A stretch of 64,000 nt of DNA from Alphaproteobacteria bacterium WMHbin7 (GTDB lineage Bacteria; Pseudomonadota; Alphaproteobacteria; Rhodospirillales; WMHbin7), in assembly GCA_002753155.1 (NCBI GenBank), contig PDZW01000011.1, positions 14,399 through 78,398 of the forward strand, in the 5' to 3' direction. Under the pieces are notes generated by a model, which was given only the letters and a program-made list of their open reading frames with translations, was not told where the DNA came from and searched no databases. Below are positions 40,124 to 50,066 of this stretch, piece by piece. Positions within the stretch are counted from its first letter, which is position 1. Every line of letters starts with the position of its first letter. Made by a program: the position numbers and the translations under genes.

Positions 40124-40605
40124 GACATGCCCTTTCGGCCCAGACTGGGATCATCGGTGATAGCCAGTAGGGTTTTTCTAAACCCTTCAACCGCCTGGGG
40201 CCCCGCCGCCGCATAGGCCTTGGCGATGCGCGTCAACTGGCGCTCGGTCAGCGCACGCTCAAACGCCAGTCCCTTCGAGGTCAGGGAAAGACGGCGCTGT
40301 CGCTTGTCGCGCTCGCCCGGCGCCTGGGCGACAAAGCCCTGATCAACCAGTTCGCGCAGCACACGGGCCAGGCTTTGCTTGGTGATTCTCAAGATTCCCA
40401 GAAGCTCGCTGACCGTCATGCCGGGATGGCGGCCCACGAAATAGATGACGCGGTGGTGCGCCCGGCCAAAGCCCTGACCGGCCAGCAGCGCATCGGGCTC
40501 GGACGTAAAGTCGCGATAGGCGAAAAACAGCATCTCGATGGCCTCGCGAAGCTGGCCCTCATGGAAATGTCCGGCGTGGGGAGGCGGGGGTTTTATGTCA
40601 GTCAT
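40120..40605 (-). CDS. MarR family regulator (PetP-like)
   Basis: LFFAYRDFT, GRAHHRV, ITKQSLARVL, DKRQRRL. Confidence 0.92.
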   Translation of the reverse strand: MTDIKPPPPHAGHFHEGQLREAIEMLFFAYRDFTSEPDALLAGQGFGRAHHRVIYFVGRHPGMTVSELLGILRITKQSLARVLRELVDQGFVAQAPGERDKRQRRLSLTSKGLAFERALTERQLTRIAKAYAAAGPQAVEGFRKTLLAITDDPSLGRKGMS

Positions 40606-40677
40606 GTTGACATTTTGCCCTAAGGATGTTACCCGATGCAAGTCTTGATCGCAACTTTCTAACCGGAAACCCCTGCC

Positions 40678-41553
40678 ATGAGCATCATTCCTTTCGACGA
40701 CCGCGATGGAACCATCTGGATGGACGGCAAGCTGGTGCCCTGGCGCGACGCCAAGCTGCATGTTCTGTCGCACGGGCTGCATTATGCCTCGGCTGTCTTC
40801 GAAGGGGAACGGGCTTACGGCGGGCGGATTTTCAAGCTGACCGAACACAGCCAGCGCCTGATCGATTCGGGCCGCATGCTGGGCTTCGAAATTCCCTACT
40901 CACTTCAAGAAATCGACGAGGCCTGCCGCCTGGTTCTGGCAGACAACAAGATGAAGGACGCCTATGTGCGCCCCATCGCCTGGCGCGGCAGCGAGATGAT
41001 GGGCGTTGCCGCCCAGGCCACCAAAATCCGCGTCGCCATCGCGGTGTGGGAATGGCCCAGCTACTTCTCGCCTGAAGCCAAGATGAAGGGTATTCGCCTG
41101 CAGATGTCGGAATGGCGTCGCCCCGATCCCAAGACCATTCCCTGCAAAGCCAAGGCGGCGGGGCTTTACATGATCTGCACGCTCTCCAAGCACAAGGCCG
41201 AGGACGAGGGCTTTCACGATTCGATGATGCTGGATTATCGCGGACAGATCGCCGAGGCGACCGGCGCCAACGTCTTCTTCATCATCGACGGCAAGATTCA
41301 TACGCCCAAGCCCGACTGCTTCCTGGACGGCATCACCAGGCGCACCGTGATCGATCTGGCCAGAAAGCGCGGCTTCGAGGTGATCGAGCGCGCCATCATG
41401 CCGGAAGAAATGGGAAGTGCTCAGGAATGCTTCCTGACCGGAACGGCGGCCGAAGTGACCCCGGTGGGCGAGATCGGCGCCTATCGCTTCACGCCCGCAC
41501 AGGTCTGCAAAACGCTGATGGAAGACTATTCCGCTCTGGTGAATGCTGGCTGA
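40678..41553 (+). CDS. ilvE: branched-chain amino acid aminotransferase
   Basis: HGLHYAS.VFEG, AKAAGLY, EATGAN, LDGITR, TGTAAEV. Confidence 0.95.
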   Translation: MSIIPFDDRDGTIWMDGKLVPWRDAKLHVLSHGLHYASAVFEGERAYGGRIFKLTEHSQRLIDSGRMLGFEIPYSLQEIDEACRLVLADNKMKDAYVRPIAWRGSEMMGVAAQATKIRVAIAVWEWPSYFSPEAKMKGIRLQMSEWRRPDPKTIPCKAKAAGLYMICTLSKHKAEDEGFHDSMMLDYRGQIAEATGANVFFIIDGKIHTPKPDCFLDGITRRTVIDLARKRGFEVIERAIMPEEMGSAQECFLTGTAAEVTPVGEIGAYRFTPAQVCKTLMEDYSALVNAG

Positions 41554-41576
41554 AGAGCTAACTTGGATCGATGATG

Positions 41577-41604
41577 AAAAAGGGAGCTTCGGCTCCCTTT
41601 TTTT
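41577..41604 (+). terminator. intrinsic terminator after ilvE
   Basis: AAAAAGGGAGC-TTCG-GCTCCCTTTTTTT. Confidence 0.9.
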
Positions 41605-41620
41605 GTTGTTAATATCCGGC

Positions 41621-41884
41621 ATGGGAAACATCTATTACGATCCGCCCAACGGCGTCAGCGTCCATATCCCCGTCGCCTTGCGCCAGCACAGGGACAAGGA
41701 CGCTTTCCTGGCCTTGCTGGCCGGGGCTGAACTGGTAGCCTTCGCCGCCCGGCTTTTCGCGGCAGAAACCATGCCCAGCGCCGAAATTAGCCCCGTCTTC
41801 GCCCTGGCCAAACTGGCCCTTGAACATAACCTGACCGACCTGGCGGCCGAAATCGGCGACCTAGCCGACGAGGTGGGGTATTAA
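41621..41884 (+). CDS. hypothetical protein (87 aa)
   Basis: GC3-rich codons; ATG 5 nt after TAATAT; no recognised family. Confidence 0.55.
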   Translation: MGNIYYDPPNGVSVHIPVALRQHRDKDAFLALLAGAELVAFAARLFAAETMPSAEISPVFALAKLALEHNLTDLAAEIGDLADEVGY

Positions 41885-41925
41885 CTTCATCTTGTAATAT
41901 CACCCATGATATGACATCATATATC

Positions 41926-42348
41926 ATGCGATGTGTCATGGACACCGATGCCGTCGTTGCAGCGATGAGGAGCCCGTCAGGTGCCTCGGCAGCTCTTCTT
42001 CTCGCCGCATTGGATGGGCGCCTGACCTTGCTGATGAGCGTTCCGCTCGTCATCGAATACGAAGCGATTTGCAGCCGCCCCGAACATTGGCTGGCTGCCG
42101 GGCTGACAGAACAAAAAGTCGGGCAATTTCTTGACGGCTTGGTGGCCTTGGCAGAGCCGGTGGAAAGCCATTTTCTATGGCGCCCAAGCCTACGAGACCC
42201 TTGCGACGAAATGGTCCTCGAAGCCGCCGTCAATGGCCGCGCCAAGGCGATTGTGACTTTCAACGTCAAAGACTTTCAGGCTGCTCGCACAAAATTCGGC
42301 CTGGAAGTCCTGAAGCCTTCTGAGGCGTTACGGAGAATTACACCATGA
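41926..42348 (+). CDS. PIN-domain putative toxin
   Basis: VMDTD.VVAAMRS..GAS, EYE, LRDP.DEMVLEAA, IVTFN.KDF. Confidence 0.88.
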   Translation: MRCVMDTDAVVAAMRSPSGASAALLLAALDGRLTLLMSVPLVIEYEAICSRPEHWLAAGLTEQKVGQFLDGLVALAEPVESHFLWRPSLRDPCDEMVLEAAVNGRAKAIVTFNVKDFQAARTKFGLEVLKPSEALRRITP

Positions 42349-42593
42349 GAATGACCTCGACATATCCCTTGCGCTTGCCGCGCTCTGTCAAAGCTGCAGT
42401 TGAGAAGATTGCCAAGGAAGAGGGTGTCAGCCTTAACCAGTTCGTGGCAACGGCAGTGGCGGAAAAACTATCGGCGATGAACACTGCCGCCTTTTTCGCC
42501 GAGCGCAAAGAGCGCGCCGACATGGAGGCGTTCCGCCGCATTCTCACGCGCAAGGACGGCGAGAAACCCCGCGAGGGGGATGAAAATCCGTGA
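42345..42593 (+). CDS. RHH/HicB-like antitoxin (toxin-first order)
   Basis: YPLRLP.S......A..EGVSLNQF...AVAEKL. Confidence 0.85.
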   Translation: MRMTSTYPLRLPRSVKAAVEKIAKEEGVSLNQFVATAVAEKLSAMNTAAFFAERKERADMEAFRRILTRKDGEKPREGDENP

Positions 42594-42643
42594 GCGGGCT
42601 ATTCGATATCGATGATGCCGAGAGCTTGCGTTAGGAACGTCGT

Positions 42644-43747
42644 CTACGCGATCGTCCGGGAAATATCCAAGCCATCAAACGCGGATTCAAGCTCTTCAAG
42701 TGTGTAAAGACCTCTGCACGGCATTGCCCCCCGCAGACGCAACTCACCTCTAATCAGCTTGCGAACCAGAACGACAGAGGGCAAACACGGAATCATCGGC
42801 CCATGCCCCGATCCCGCCTTCAAATTGTAGCTGCGACGAACGCCGCCCCCAGCAACTGAAATGGTCATTGCGCTGACATCGGTTCCAAGGTGACGGATCC
42901 AATAAGCAAGACGATCAATCAAAGGGGCCAAGGGACGCCAGTCGCCAACCCATCCCCATTTCCCTAGCGTCGCCATAACAGCAAAACCGAATTGGGCCAG
43001 CCGGGATTCAAGGGCTACCCGAAACACGCTGTCCTTAATCTGAGGAAATAATTTTGGCAAAAGCTCAAGATCGGGAACATCGCACAGCCCCAGCAATCGC
43101 CACCCCAGCCCAGGAATGCGTCGCCAGGTCAAATCAAGCCAACCTGTCTCCATCGACCATTCGGAATGTTTCCAGACGGGAATGGGTTTTCCGCAATAGG
43201 CCAGGATCGCCTGTGTCGTAGCAAGGCCGGGCGGATACTTTCCCGCGATAGCAAGGGCAATGTCGACATCTTCCAGAATGGGCAGCGCTGAGGCAAGCTT
43301 GTCCACAACCGCCATCGATAATCCGGGAAAAGAACTGGCTCCGCTGACAGCCAAGACTTCCGCCTTCACGGCTCGGTCGTTCAATATTTCAAATCCATTG
43401 ACGAAGGCCCGACCATCGGCCAGATCGATATAGTGGACACCGGCATCGATGCACGCCCCGGCTACGCCAAAATCCTGACCCTGGAAAGGACCCGCTGTAT
43501 GGATCGCTACATCACACCCCAAATCAGCAATACGCGCAGTCAGGTTCTTGTCATTGAGGTCAAGGCAAATCCCCTCAACTTGCAGACCGGGAAATTCCCC
43601 GCGCAGCCTGTTAGCCAATGTTTCAGCCTTGGTCCCATCTCGTCCAGAAATCACCAGCCTTGGTGACGGGTTTGCCGCCAGCAAACGGGCGATGCGCGCA
43701 CCGAAGTTACCGTACCCGCCCAGGATGAGAACTCCGAATCCCGTCAT
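42644..43747 (-). CDS. saccharopine dehydrogenase-like NAD(P)-binding protein
   Basis: GGYGNFG, HTAGPFQGQD, HYIDLAD, SGASSFPGLS, GPMIP. Confidence 0.85.
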   Translation of the reverse strand: MTGFGVLILGGYGNFGARIARLLAANPSPRLVISGRDGTKAETLANRLRGEFPGLQVEGICLDLNDKNLTARIADLGCDVAIHTAGPFQGQDFGVAGACIDAGVHYIDLADGRAFVNGFEILNDRAVKAEVLAVSGASSFPGLSMAVVDKLASALPILEDVDIALAIAGKYPPGLATTQAILAYCGKPIPVWKHSEWSMETGWLDLTWRRIPGLGWRLLGLCDVPDLELLPKLFPQIKDSVFRVALESRLAQFGFAVMATLGKWGWVGDWRPLAPLIDRLAYWIRHLGTDVSAMTISVAGGGVRRSYNLKAGSGHGPMIPCLPSVVLVRKLIRGELRLRGAMPCRGLYTLEELESAFDGLDISRTIA

Positions 43748-43754
43748 CCGCCGT

Positions 43755-44201
43755 TTATTTCCCCCACCTGCTTGCAGCCTCGTCGTCGGTTTCCTTGGCG
43801 TCCACCCATTTGCCGCCGGAGGATCCTTCCTCGAACTTCCAGAAGGGCGCTTTGGTCTTTAGCCAGTCGATCAGAAAATGACAGGCATCAAGGGATGCCT
43901 GGCGATGCGCCGAAGCGGTCATGACCAGCACGATGCGATCCCCCGGCAGCAATCGCCCCACCCGATGCACGATCAGCGCGTCGTCGAGCGGCCAGCGCGC
44001 CCTGGCCTCGGCCTCGATGGCTTCCAACTGGCGTTCGGTCATGCCGGGATAATGCTCCAGCGTCATCGCCGTGACACTGCCCTGATCGGCCCGCACCAAG
44101 CCTGCAAACAGCGCCACACCGCCCAGATCGGTTCGCCCCTGGGTGAAACGGGCGAATTCTTGGCCAACGTCGAAATCCTCGGCCTGAACGCGCACGACCA
44201 T
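43755..44201 (-). CDS. moaE: molybdopterin synthase catalytic subunit
   Basis: LEHYPGMT, HRVG.L, LKTKAPFWK.E. Confidence 0.95.
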   Translation of the reverse strand: MVVRVQAEDFDVGQEFARFTQGRTDLGGVALFAGLVRADQGSVTAMTLEHYPGMTERQLEAIEAEARARWPLDDALIVHRVGRLLPGDRIVLVMTASAHRQASLDACHFLIDWLKTKAPFWKFEEGSSGGKWVDAKETDDEAASRWGK

Positions 44202-44205
44202 CGTT

Positions 44206-44457
44206 TCAGCCCCCCGTCACCGGCGGAAAGAAGGCGACCTCGTCGCTGTTCTTGATGGCGGCATCGAAAGAGACATGCTCCTGATTGAGCGCAGCGCGCA
44301 GTGTGCGCGCCTCAGCCAAGGCCTCGGCATAGGTATCGCCTCGCGATTTCAGCCAGCCAACCAGATCGGCCACGGTCTTGACATCGGGCGGCAAGGCAAT
44401 CTCTTCCTCGCCATGGCCGACACGGGCGCGAATGCTGGCAAAATAAAGAATCTTCAT
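44206..44457 (-). CDS. moaD: molybdopterin synthase sulfur carrier
   Basis: MKILYFA start; C-terminal DEVAFFPPVTGG. Confidence 0.95.
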   Translation of the reverse strand: MKILYFASIRARVGHGEEEIALPPDVKTVADLVGWLKSRGDTYAEALAEARTLRAALNQEHVSFDAAIKNSDEVAFFPPVTGG

Positions 44458-44903
44458 GAAGCCATCTCCAAAGCACGAGCCAGAACCAGATCGGACAGCG
44501 CCTTGATATCCACGCTGGCGGCATCGAGCGAGGCCACCACCGAGGCATCGCACCGCCCCCCAGCACTCCCCACCCGCACCTTGGGATGCGGGCTTGCTTG
44601 AAAACCGTCGATCAGGATCACATCGGCAGGCTCAAGCAGGGACGCCAGTTCCAAAAGCGATGGAGAAGCACTGGCATTTTCATGCATGAGGGCCGACATC
44701 TCGGGCGCCATCAGCAGCACTTCCGAGGCCCCCGCCTTGCGATGTTCGTATGAATCCTTGCCCGGCCTGTCAGGATCGAAACCGTCGGGCGCTTCATGCA
44801 GCGTCGCCACCCTTATTCCCCGCCCGGACAGTTCCTCTACAAGCCGGTAAAGCACAGCTCGCCGCTCTTCCTCGGACTCGCCCAGCAGGCCAAAAAGCCT
44901 CAT
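44454..44903 (-). CDS. mobB: MobB-like protein with degenerate P-loop
   Basis: FD.D.PGKDS..HR.AGA.EV motif; canonical position between pgsA and moaD. Confidence 0.8.
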   Translation of the reverse strand: MRLFGLLGESEEERRAVLYRLVEELSGRGIRVATLHEAPDGFDPDRPGKDSYEHRKAGASEVLLMAPEMSALMHENASASPSLLELASLLEPADVILIDGFQASPHPKVRVGSAGGRCDASVVASLDAASVDIKALSDLVLARALEMAS

Positions 44904-45469
44904 GGCTTGTCCAAGGGCTTGCGGATATGGGGCAAGCCTGCCACCAAGTAATCATAGCCGGTAACCATGGTCAAAGCCGCCGCCAGCCACAGGCCAAGCT
45001 CGCCGATCAGGCGCACGGGCAGCCCTTCCGGCCCGGCATCACCCACGATCAGCACGCCAATCGCCACCATCTGCAGTGTCGTCTTCCATTTGGCCAAACG
45101 GCTGACCGGCATACTCACCTTGGTCTCGGCCAGGAATTCGCGCAGGCCAGAAACCAGGATTTCCCGGCACAGAATGACCACGGCGGGCAGGAAGGTGATC
45201 GGGCTCATGCGATGAAAAGCCGCCAGCATCAGAAGGATGGCGGCCACCAGCAGCTTGTCGGCGATGGGATCGAGAAAACGGCCAAAGCTGGAAATCTGGT
45301 TGTTACGCCTGGCCAGCCATCCATCAAAGAAATCGGTGATTCCAGCCACGGCGAAAATGCCCAGCGCCACCCAATGCCAGAAATGCCCATCCAGATAGAA
45401 GGTCGCCACCACCAAAGGAACGGCGGCAACGCGCGACAAGGTCAGCAGATTGGGCGGGCTGGTCAGCAT
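44900..45469 (-). CDS. pgsA: CDP-diacylglycerol-glycerol-3-phosphate 3-phosphatidyltransferase
   Basis: PNLLT.SR, TDFFDG.LAR, GRFLDPIADK. Confidence 0.95.
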   Translation of the reverse strand: MLTSPPNLLTLSRVAAVPLVVATFYLDGHFWHWVALGIFAVAGITDFFDGWLARRNNQISSFGRFLDPIADKLLVAAILLMLAAFHRMSPITFLPAVVILCREILVSGLREFLAETKVSMPVSRLAKWKTTLQMVAIGVLIVGDAGPEGLPVRLIGELGLWLAAALTMVTGYDYLVAGLPHIRKPLDKP

Positions 45470-45480
45470 GGCGGGGCATT

Positions 45481-47325
45481 TTATCCTTCCCCATGGAAGC
45501 GGTCATGGATTTTCTTGGCCATGGCGCGGCTGATGCCCGGAACTTTCATCAACTCGTCAATTGCGGCCTCGGTTACGGCCTTTCCCGAGCCGAAATGGTT
45601 CAAAAGAGCCTTCTTGCGCCCGGCCCCAATCCCTTCGACCTCATCCAGGGGGGTGGCGCCAATCGCCATCGACCGCTTGGCCCGGTGCGATCCGATGGCG
45701 AAACGATGGGCCTCGTCGCGCAAACGCTGCAGGAAATAGAGCAAGGGGTCCTGGGGCGAAAGCTCAATCGGCTCCGCCCGGCCCGGCTGAAACAATCGCT
45801 CGCGCCCGGCATTTCGGTCGGGCCCCTTGGCGATGGCCAGCAGGGCGACATCCGAGATCCCTTCCTCGGCCAGAACCGACTGGACGGCATGCAACTGGCC
45901 CAGACCGCCATCGATCAACACCAGATCGGGCCACAGCCCCTTGTCACGCTCGGGGTCTTCCTTCTGGGCTCGCAGAAACCGCCGGGTCAGCACTTCGCGC
46001 ATCATGGCGAAATCATCACCCGGCGCGAGATCGGTGCTTTTGATATTGAAGCGCCGATAGGCCGATTTGACGAAGCCTTCGGGTCCGGCCACGATCATGG
46101 CCCCTACGGCGCTGGTCCCCATGACATGGCTGTTGTCGAAGACCTCGATGCGCTGAGGCGCTGCCTCAAGCTCCAGAAGATCGGACAGCTTCTCCAACAG
46201 GTCCAGTTGCAAGGCATTCTCGCTTAAGCGGCGCAGCAAGGCTTCTTTCGCATTGACCAGGGCATGCTCGACCGCCTTCTTCTTGTCGCCGCGCTGAGGC
46301 ACGGCCAAATCCACCTTGAAACCCGCTCTGAGACCAAGCGCCTCGGCCACCAGTGCCGCTTCCGAAATGGACTCGGACAAGAGAATCAAGGGTGGCGGCA
46401 AACGGCTGGCGTAGAACTGCCCCAGAAAGGCGGTTAAAATATCGCTGGCCGCCTCGCCCTCGACCTGAGCCGGAAAATAAGCCCGATTGCCGAAATTCTG
46501 TCCGGCCCGAAAGAAGAAGACCTGAACGCAAGAGCGCCCGCCCTCCTGATGGAAGGCCACGATATCGGCATCGGGAATTCCAGGCAGGCTGATATCCTGG
46601 CGGGCCTGAATGCGGGCCAGGGCCTGAATGCGGTCGCGGAACAGGGCAGCTTTCTCATAGTCCAGCGCCTCGGAGGCCTCATCCATGCGCTTGGCCAGGT
46701 TTTTCTGCACCTCATGGCTCTGCCCGCTCAGAAAGGCCCTGGCCTCGGCCACCAGACTTGCGTAGCCCTCGGGCGAAATCCGCCCCGCACAGGGCGCTGA
46801 ACAGCGCTTGATCTGATAAAGCAGGCAAGGCCTTGAGCGATTGGCAAACACGGCATCCGAGCAGGTGCGCAGCAGAAAGGCGCGCTGAAGAATGTTCAAC
46901 GTCAGGTTTACGGCCGAGCCGGAAGCGAAGGGGCCAAAATAATCACCCTTCTGGCTTTTAGCTCCGCGATGTTTCATCAGGCGCGGCCAGGAATGATCGC
47001 TTGCCAGTAGAATGAAGGGGAAAGACTTGTCATCCTTGAGCAGGATATTGAAGTGCGGACGGAACTCCTTGATCAGATTGCTTTCCAGCAGCAGCGCCTC
47101 GGCTTCGGTGCGCGTCACCACCACTTCCAGAGCCGTGGTACGGGCCACCATGCGCTTCAGGCGCTCGGGCAGGCGCTCCAGCTTGGTATAGGCTGCCACC
47201 CGCTTCTTCAGGCTTTTCGCCTTGCCGACATACAGAACCACGCCCTTGGCATCGAGCATGCGGTAAACGCCCGGCTGCAAGGGCAGCCGCTTCAACTCCG
47301 CTGCAAGAAACTCAAGCCCGTTCAT
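45481..47325 (-). CDS. uvrC: excinuclease ABC subunit C
   Basis: GIY-YIG PGVYRM..YVGKAK, Cys cluster, [23 protein letters not shown], HhH. Confidence 0.97.
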   Translation of the reverse strand: MNGLEFLAAELKRLPLQPGVYRMLDAKGVVLYVGKAKSLKKRVAAYTKLERLPERLKRMVARTTALEVVVTRTEAEALLLESNLIKEFRPHFNILLKDDKSFPFILLASDHSWPRLMKHRGAKSQKGDYFGPFASGSAVNLTLNILQRAFLLRTCSDAVFANRSRPCLLYQIKRCSAPCAGRISPEGYASLVAEARAFLSGQSHEVQKNLAKRMDEASEALDYEKAALFRDRIQALARIQARQDISLPGIPDADIVAFHQEGGRSCVQVFFFRAGQNFGNRAYFPAQVEGEAASDILTAFLGQFYASRLPPPLILLSESISEAALVAEALGLRAGFKVDLAVPQRGDKKKAVEHALVNAKEALLRRLSENALQLDLLEKLSDLLELEAAPQRIEVFDNSHVMGTSAVGAMIVAGPEGFVKSAYRRFNIKSTDLAPGDDFAMMREVLTRRFLRAQKEDPERDKGLWPDLVLIDGGLGQLHAVQSVLAEEGISDVALLAIAKGPDRNAGRERLFQPGRAEPIELSPQDPLLYFLQRLRDEAHRFAIGSHRAKRSMAIGATPLDEVEGIGAGRKKALLNHFGSGKAVTEAAIDELMKVPGISRAMAKKIHDRFHGEG

Positions 47326-47393
47326 CTTGTGACCAAGCTGGAAACAACCTCAAAAACCGAGGCGAACGTAAGGGAAAAAAGGAGCTTACCGGG

Positions 47394-47428
47394 TTCTCCA
47401 CCGAAGCTGTGGATAAGTCTGTTGGAAA
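47394..47428. promoter_or_regulatory. DnaA-box cluster (one perfect, two degenerate boxes)
   Basis: TTCTCCACC-gaagc-TGTGGATAA-gtc-TGTTGGAAA. Confidence 0.6.
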
Positions 47429-47658
47429 ATACCCCCCAAGACCCCCGCATCCCAGGGGGAGCCATGGGTAGAACCGGATTGCCGAAAAATTGGGCAGGCA
47501 CGCCATCTCTTTGATTCTATGGAAAATACTATTTGTCCATTGCAAACATATCGTCATATGCGCCGAAACGGCTTGACAGGGTTTGAAATGATCCAACCTC
47601 CCCTGGGATTGTGGACGAATCGCCCTCCCCCCCGCCTGCAAAAGCCTAGAGATTCCGG

Positions 47659-48072
47659 TCATTTCCCGCCTTGAAAGCGCTCGATCTCGACACCCACGCT
47701 GGCGGCATCGGCAAAGACGTCAAGTTTCTCGATGCGTACGCGCACGACCTCGACCCGCTTATCGTCAAGACAGAGTTCGGCGATCCGCTCGGCCAAAGTC
47801 TCGACCAGCTTGACATGGCCCTGACCGGCCAGCCCGCGCACCCCCGCCACCAGCTTTTCGTAGCAGACGACATGGGCCAGATCGTCTTCCAGCCTTTCCT
47901 CGCGCACCGCCAGATCCAGATTGACCCGTACGCGCTGGGGCGCACGTTCTTCGTGGACATGCACACCGATGCTGCAGGTCAGCACCAGATCGCGCACGAA
48001 GACATGGCGGACCAAGTTCCTGGCATCGGCAATCCGCAGCGGCTGCACCTTGGAATGGGGATGGGCGGACAT
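47659..48072 (-). CDS. folB: dihydroneopterin aldolase
   Basis: IGVH.HE...Q.V, VCYE, LVETLAE, EKLD. Confidence 0.9.
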   Translation of the reverse strand: MSAHPHSKVQPLRIADARNLVRHVFVRDLVLTCSIGVHVHEERAPQRVRVNLDLAVREERLEDDLAHVVCYEKLVAGVRGLAGQGHVKLVETLAERIAELCLDDKRVEVVRVRIEKLDVFADAASVGVEIERFQGGK

Positions 48073-48075
48073 GGG

Positions 48076-48843
48076 CTACTCCTTGAGCCAAGGCGGCGGT
48101 GCCGGCGACCAACCCAGATGCTGGCCACCATCAAGTGCTATCATTTGCCCGGTCACCGCAGGGGCATCGATCAGAAAACACACGGCATCGGCAATTTCAT
48201 CGGGCGTGGTGCCCCTCTGAAGCGGCATGGCCCGGCACTGGCGCTCAAACTCCTCTGCACTCTGGCGAATGCTGGGCAGCGCTGGGCCCGGCCCCACGGC
48301 ATTGACGCGAATATGAGGCGCCAGGGCCAGAGCCAGCGTACGGGTCAGCGTCCACAGCCCCGCCTTGCTAAGCGTATAGGTGGTGAAATGAGGGGTCAGG
48401 TTCCAGACCCGCTGATCGATCAGATTGACCACCGCTCCCTCGGCCCCTTCGGGCAAGTGACGGGCAAAGGACTGAGTCAGCACGAAGGGGGCGCGCAGAT
48501 TGGTTTCCATATGCATATCCCACAGCTCGCGGCTGGTGGATAAAGCCTCGTCGCGCTCGAAGACCGAGGCGTTGTTGATGAGAATCCCCAAGGGACCCAG
48601 GGCGGCATGCGCCTCGGGGATCAGCTTTTCGACATCGGACTCGCAAGACAGATCGGACAGCGCCACATGGGTCCGCACCCCTAGGGCCTCGATCTCGCGG
48701 GCCAGGGCCTCGGCCTCGGGGCGGGAGCGATGGCAATGCAAGGTGATATCGTAGCCCCGTGCCGCCAGCTTCAGGGTAATGGCGCGACCGATGCGTTTGG
48801 CCGCACCGGTGATCAGGGCATGACGGGGCAGGGTTTCGCTCAA
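48076..48843 (-). CDS. SDR oxidoreductase, pteridine reductase/FolM-like
   Basis: TGAAKRIG, NNAS.F, Y.LSK; upstream of folB. Confidence 0.88.
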   Translation of the reverse strand: MSETLPRHALITGAAKRIGRAITLKLAARGYDITLHCHRSRPEAEALAREIEALGVRTHVALSDLSCESDVEKLIPEAHAALGPLGILINNASVFERDEALSTSRELWDMHMETNLRAPFVLTQSFARHLPEGAEGAVVNLIDQRVWNLTPHFTTYTLSKAGLWTLTRTLALALAPHIRVNAVGPGPALPSIRQSAEEFERQCRAMPLQRGTTPDEIADAVCFLIDAPAVTGQMIALDGGQHLGWSPAPPPWLKE

Positions 48844-48849
48844 AGGCCG

Positions 48850-49887
48850 TTATCCCTCGATGCGGGGTTCAAGGGCGTCCCTGGCCGGACCAGCCTCGCC
48901 ATGACGCCTTGCATGGGCAATATACCCCTTCAAGGCACCGCCGCAATGCGGACAATTGATGCTTTGCGGCGCCTGGGCCAGTTGCTCCAGAATGGCGGCG
49001 GCCTCTTCCTCGCTCATACCCAGCTTTTCGCGCGTTTCTTCCAGCGCATGGCGCTCGGCCTTGGTCAGGTTGCCGTCGGACAGCGCCTTGACAGCCTTGG
49101 CGCTATAGGCTTCGCGCCGAACGCGCAATTGTTCGGAAAAGCCCGAAGCCAAAATACCCGAAGGCAGGGCTACCATGGCGACACCGGCCACGGCAACGAT
49201 GCCACCCAGAATGCGCCCCAAGGGCGTGATCGGCGTCACGTCGCCATAACCCAGCGTGGTCAGGGTCACGATGGCCCACCACATCGAGGTGGGAATGTCG
49301 GGATAGGTGTGCGGCTGCGCCGGATGCTCCAGCAGATACATTAGGCTGCCCATGAAGACCATCATCACGACCAGGATAAACAGAATGGCCCCGACGGCGC
49401 GGGCTTCCTGGCGCAGCACGGCCACCAGCATATGCATGGCCGAGGAATAGCGGGTCAGCTTGAAGATGCGCAACAGGCGCAGAACCCGCAGGGTGCGCAG
49501 ATCAAGCTCGACGAAGATGCCGAGAAAAAAGGGCAAAACGGCCAACAGATCGACGATGGCCAGGGGCGTTGCCATATAGCGCAGGCGGCCCCAGAGCGGA
49601 TGCTTGAAGCGGGCGTCGTCCAACTCGACCGCCGTCCAGACACGAAGAACATACTCGATGGTGAACACACCCACCGAGAACAGGTCGAAGGCATGAAAGA
49701 CCGGCCCATGCGCCATGGACAGGGTGGGGACGGATTCCAGGATCACCGCGAAGATATTAAGGACAATCAGGGCGATCAGGGCCAGATCGATTGCCTTGAC
49801 CCAGATATCGCGATGCCCCTCGCCCCCCAGGAAATGGTGCACAAGGCGACGCAAAGGATGGCGGAGCAGGCTTCTGGAGGGTGTCAC
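48850..49887 (-). CDS. voltage-gated K+ channel-like ion transporter (start uncertain)
   Basis: S4 LRVLRLLRIFKL.R; pore TLTTLGYGD; C-terminal CPHCG. Confidence 0.88.
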   Translation of the reverse strand: MTPSRSLLRHPLRRLVHHFLGGEGHRDIWVKAIDLALIALIVLNIFAVILESVPTLSMAHGPVFHAFDLFSVGVFTIEYVLRVWTAVELDDARFKHPLWGRLRYMATPLAIVDLLAVLPFFLGIFVELDLRTLRVLRLLRIFKLTRYSSAMHMLVAVLRQEARAVGAILFILVVMMVFMGSLMYLLEHPAQPHTYPDIPTSMWWAIVTLTTLGYGDVTPITPLGRILGGIVAVAGVAMVALPSGILASGFSEQLRVRREAYSAKAVKALSDGNLTKAERHALEETREKLGMSEEEAAAILEQLAQAPQSINCPHCGGALKGYIAHARRHGEAGPARDALEPRIEG

Positions 49888-49989
49888 GATGCTTTTGCCG
49901 GTTGCTTGGGGACCCTTTGTAGACGATCGCCCCCCCGGGAAACAAGGGGAGGCGCAGAGATGCAATTTCACCTTGATCCCAGTGCATTC

Positions 49990-50021
49990 TTGACGCAATA
50001 TATTCGCATCATCTAATCTAT
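49990..50021 (+). promoter_or_regulatory. putative tusA promoter overlapped by an SqrR/BigR-like operator
   Basis: TTGACG at 49990 as -35; ATATATTC-N8-TAATCTAT near-palindrome. Confidence 0.45.
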
Positions 50022-50066
50022 TGGCTGTTTCATTGCAAAAGCAAATCCCAGGGAGGAGCCTTCTTC

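Noticed and set aside
47360-47380. Alphaproteobacterial LexA box upstream of uvrC
   Set aside because: GAAC-N7 is followed by AAAA rather than GAAC; the match is too weak.
47326-47658. Replication origin (oriC)
   Set aside because: Only one perfect DnaA box, no extended AT-rich unwinding element, and none of the usual origin-flanking genes (hemE, dnaA, parAB).
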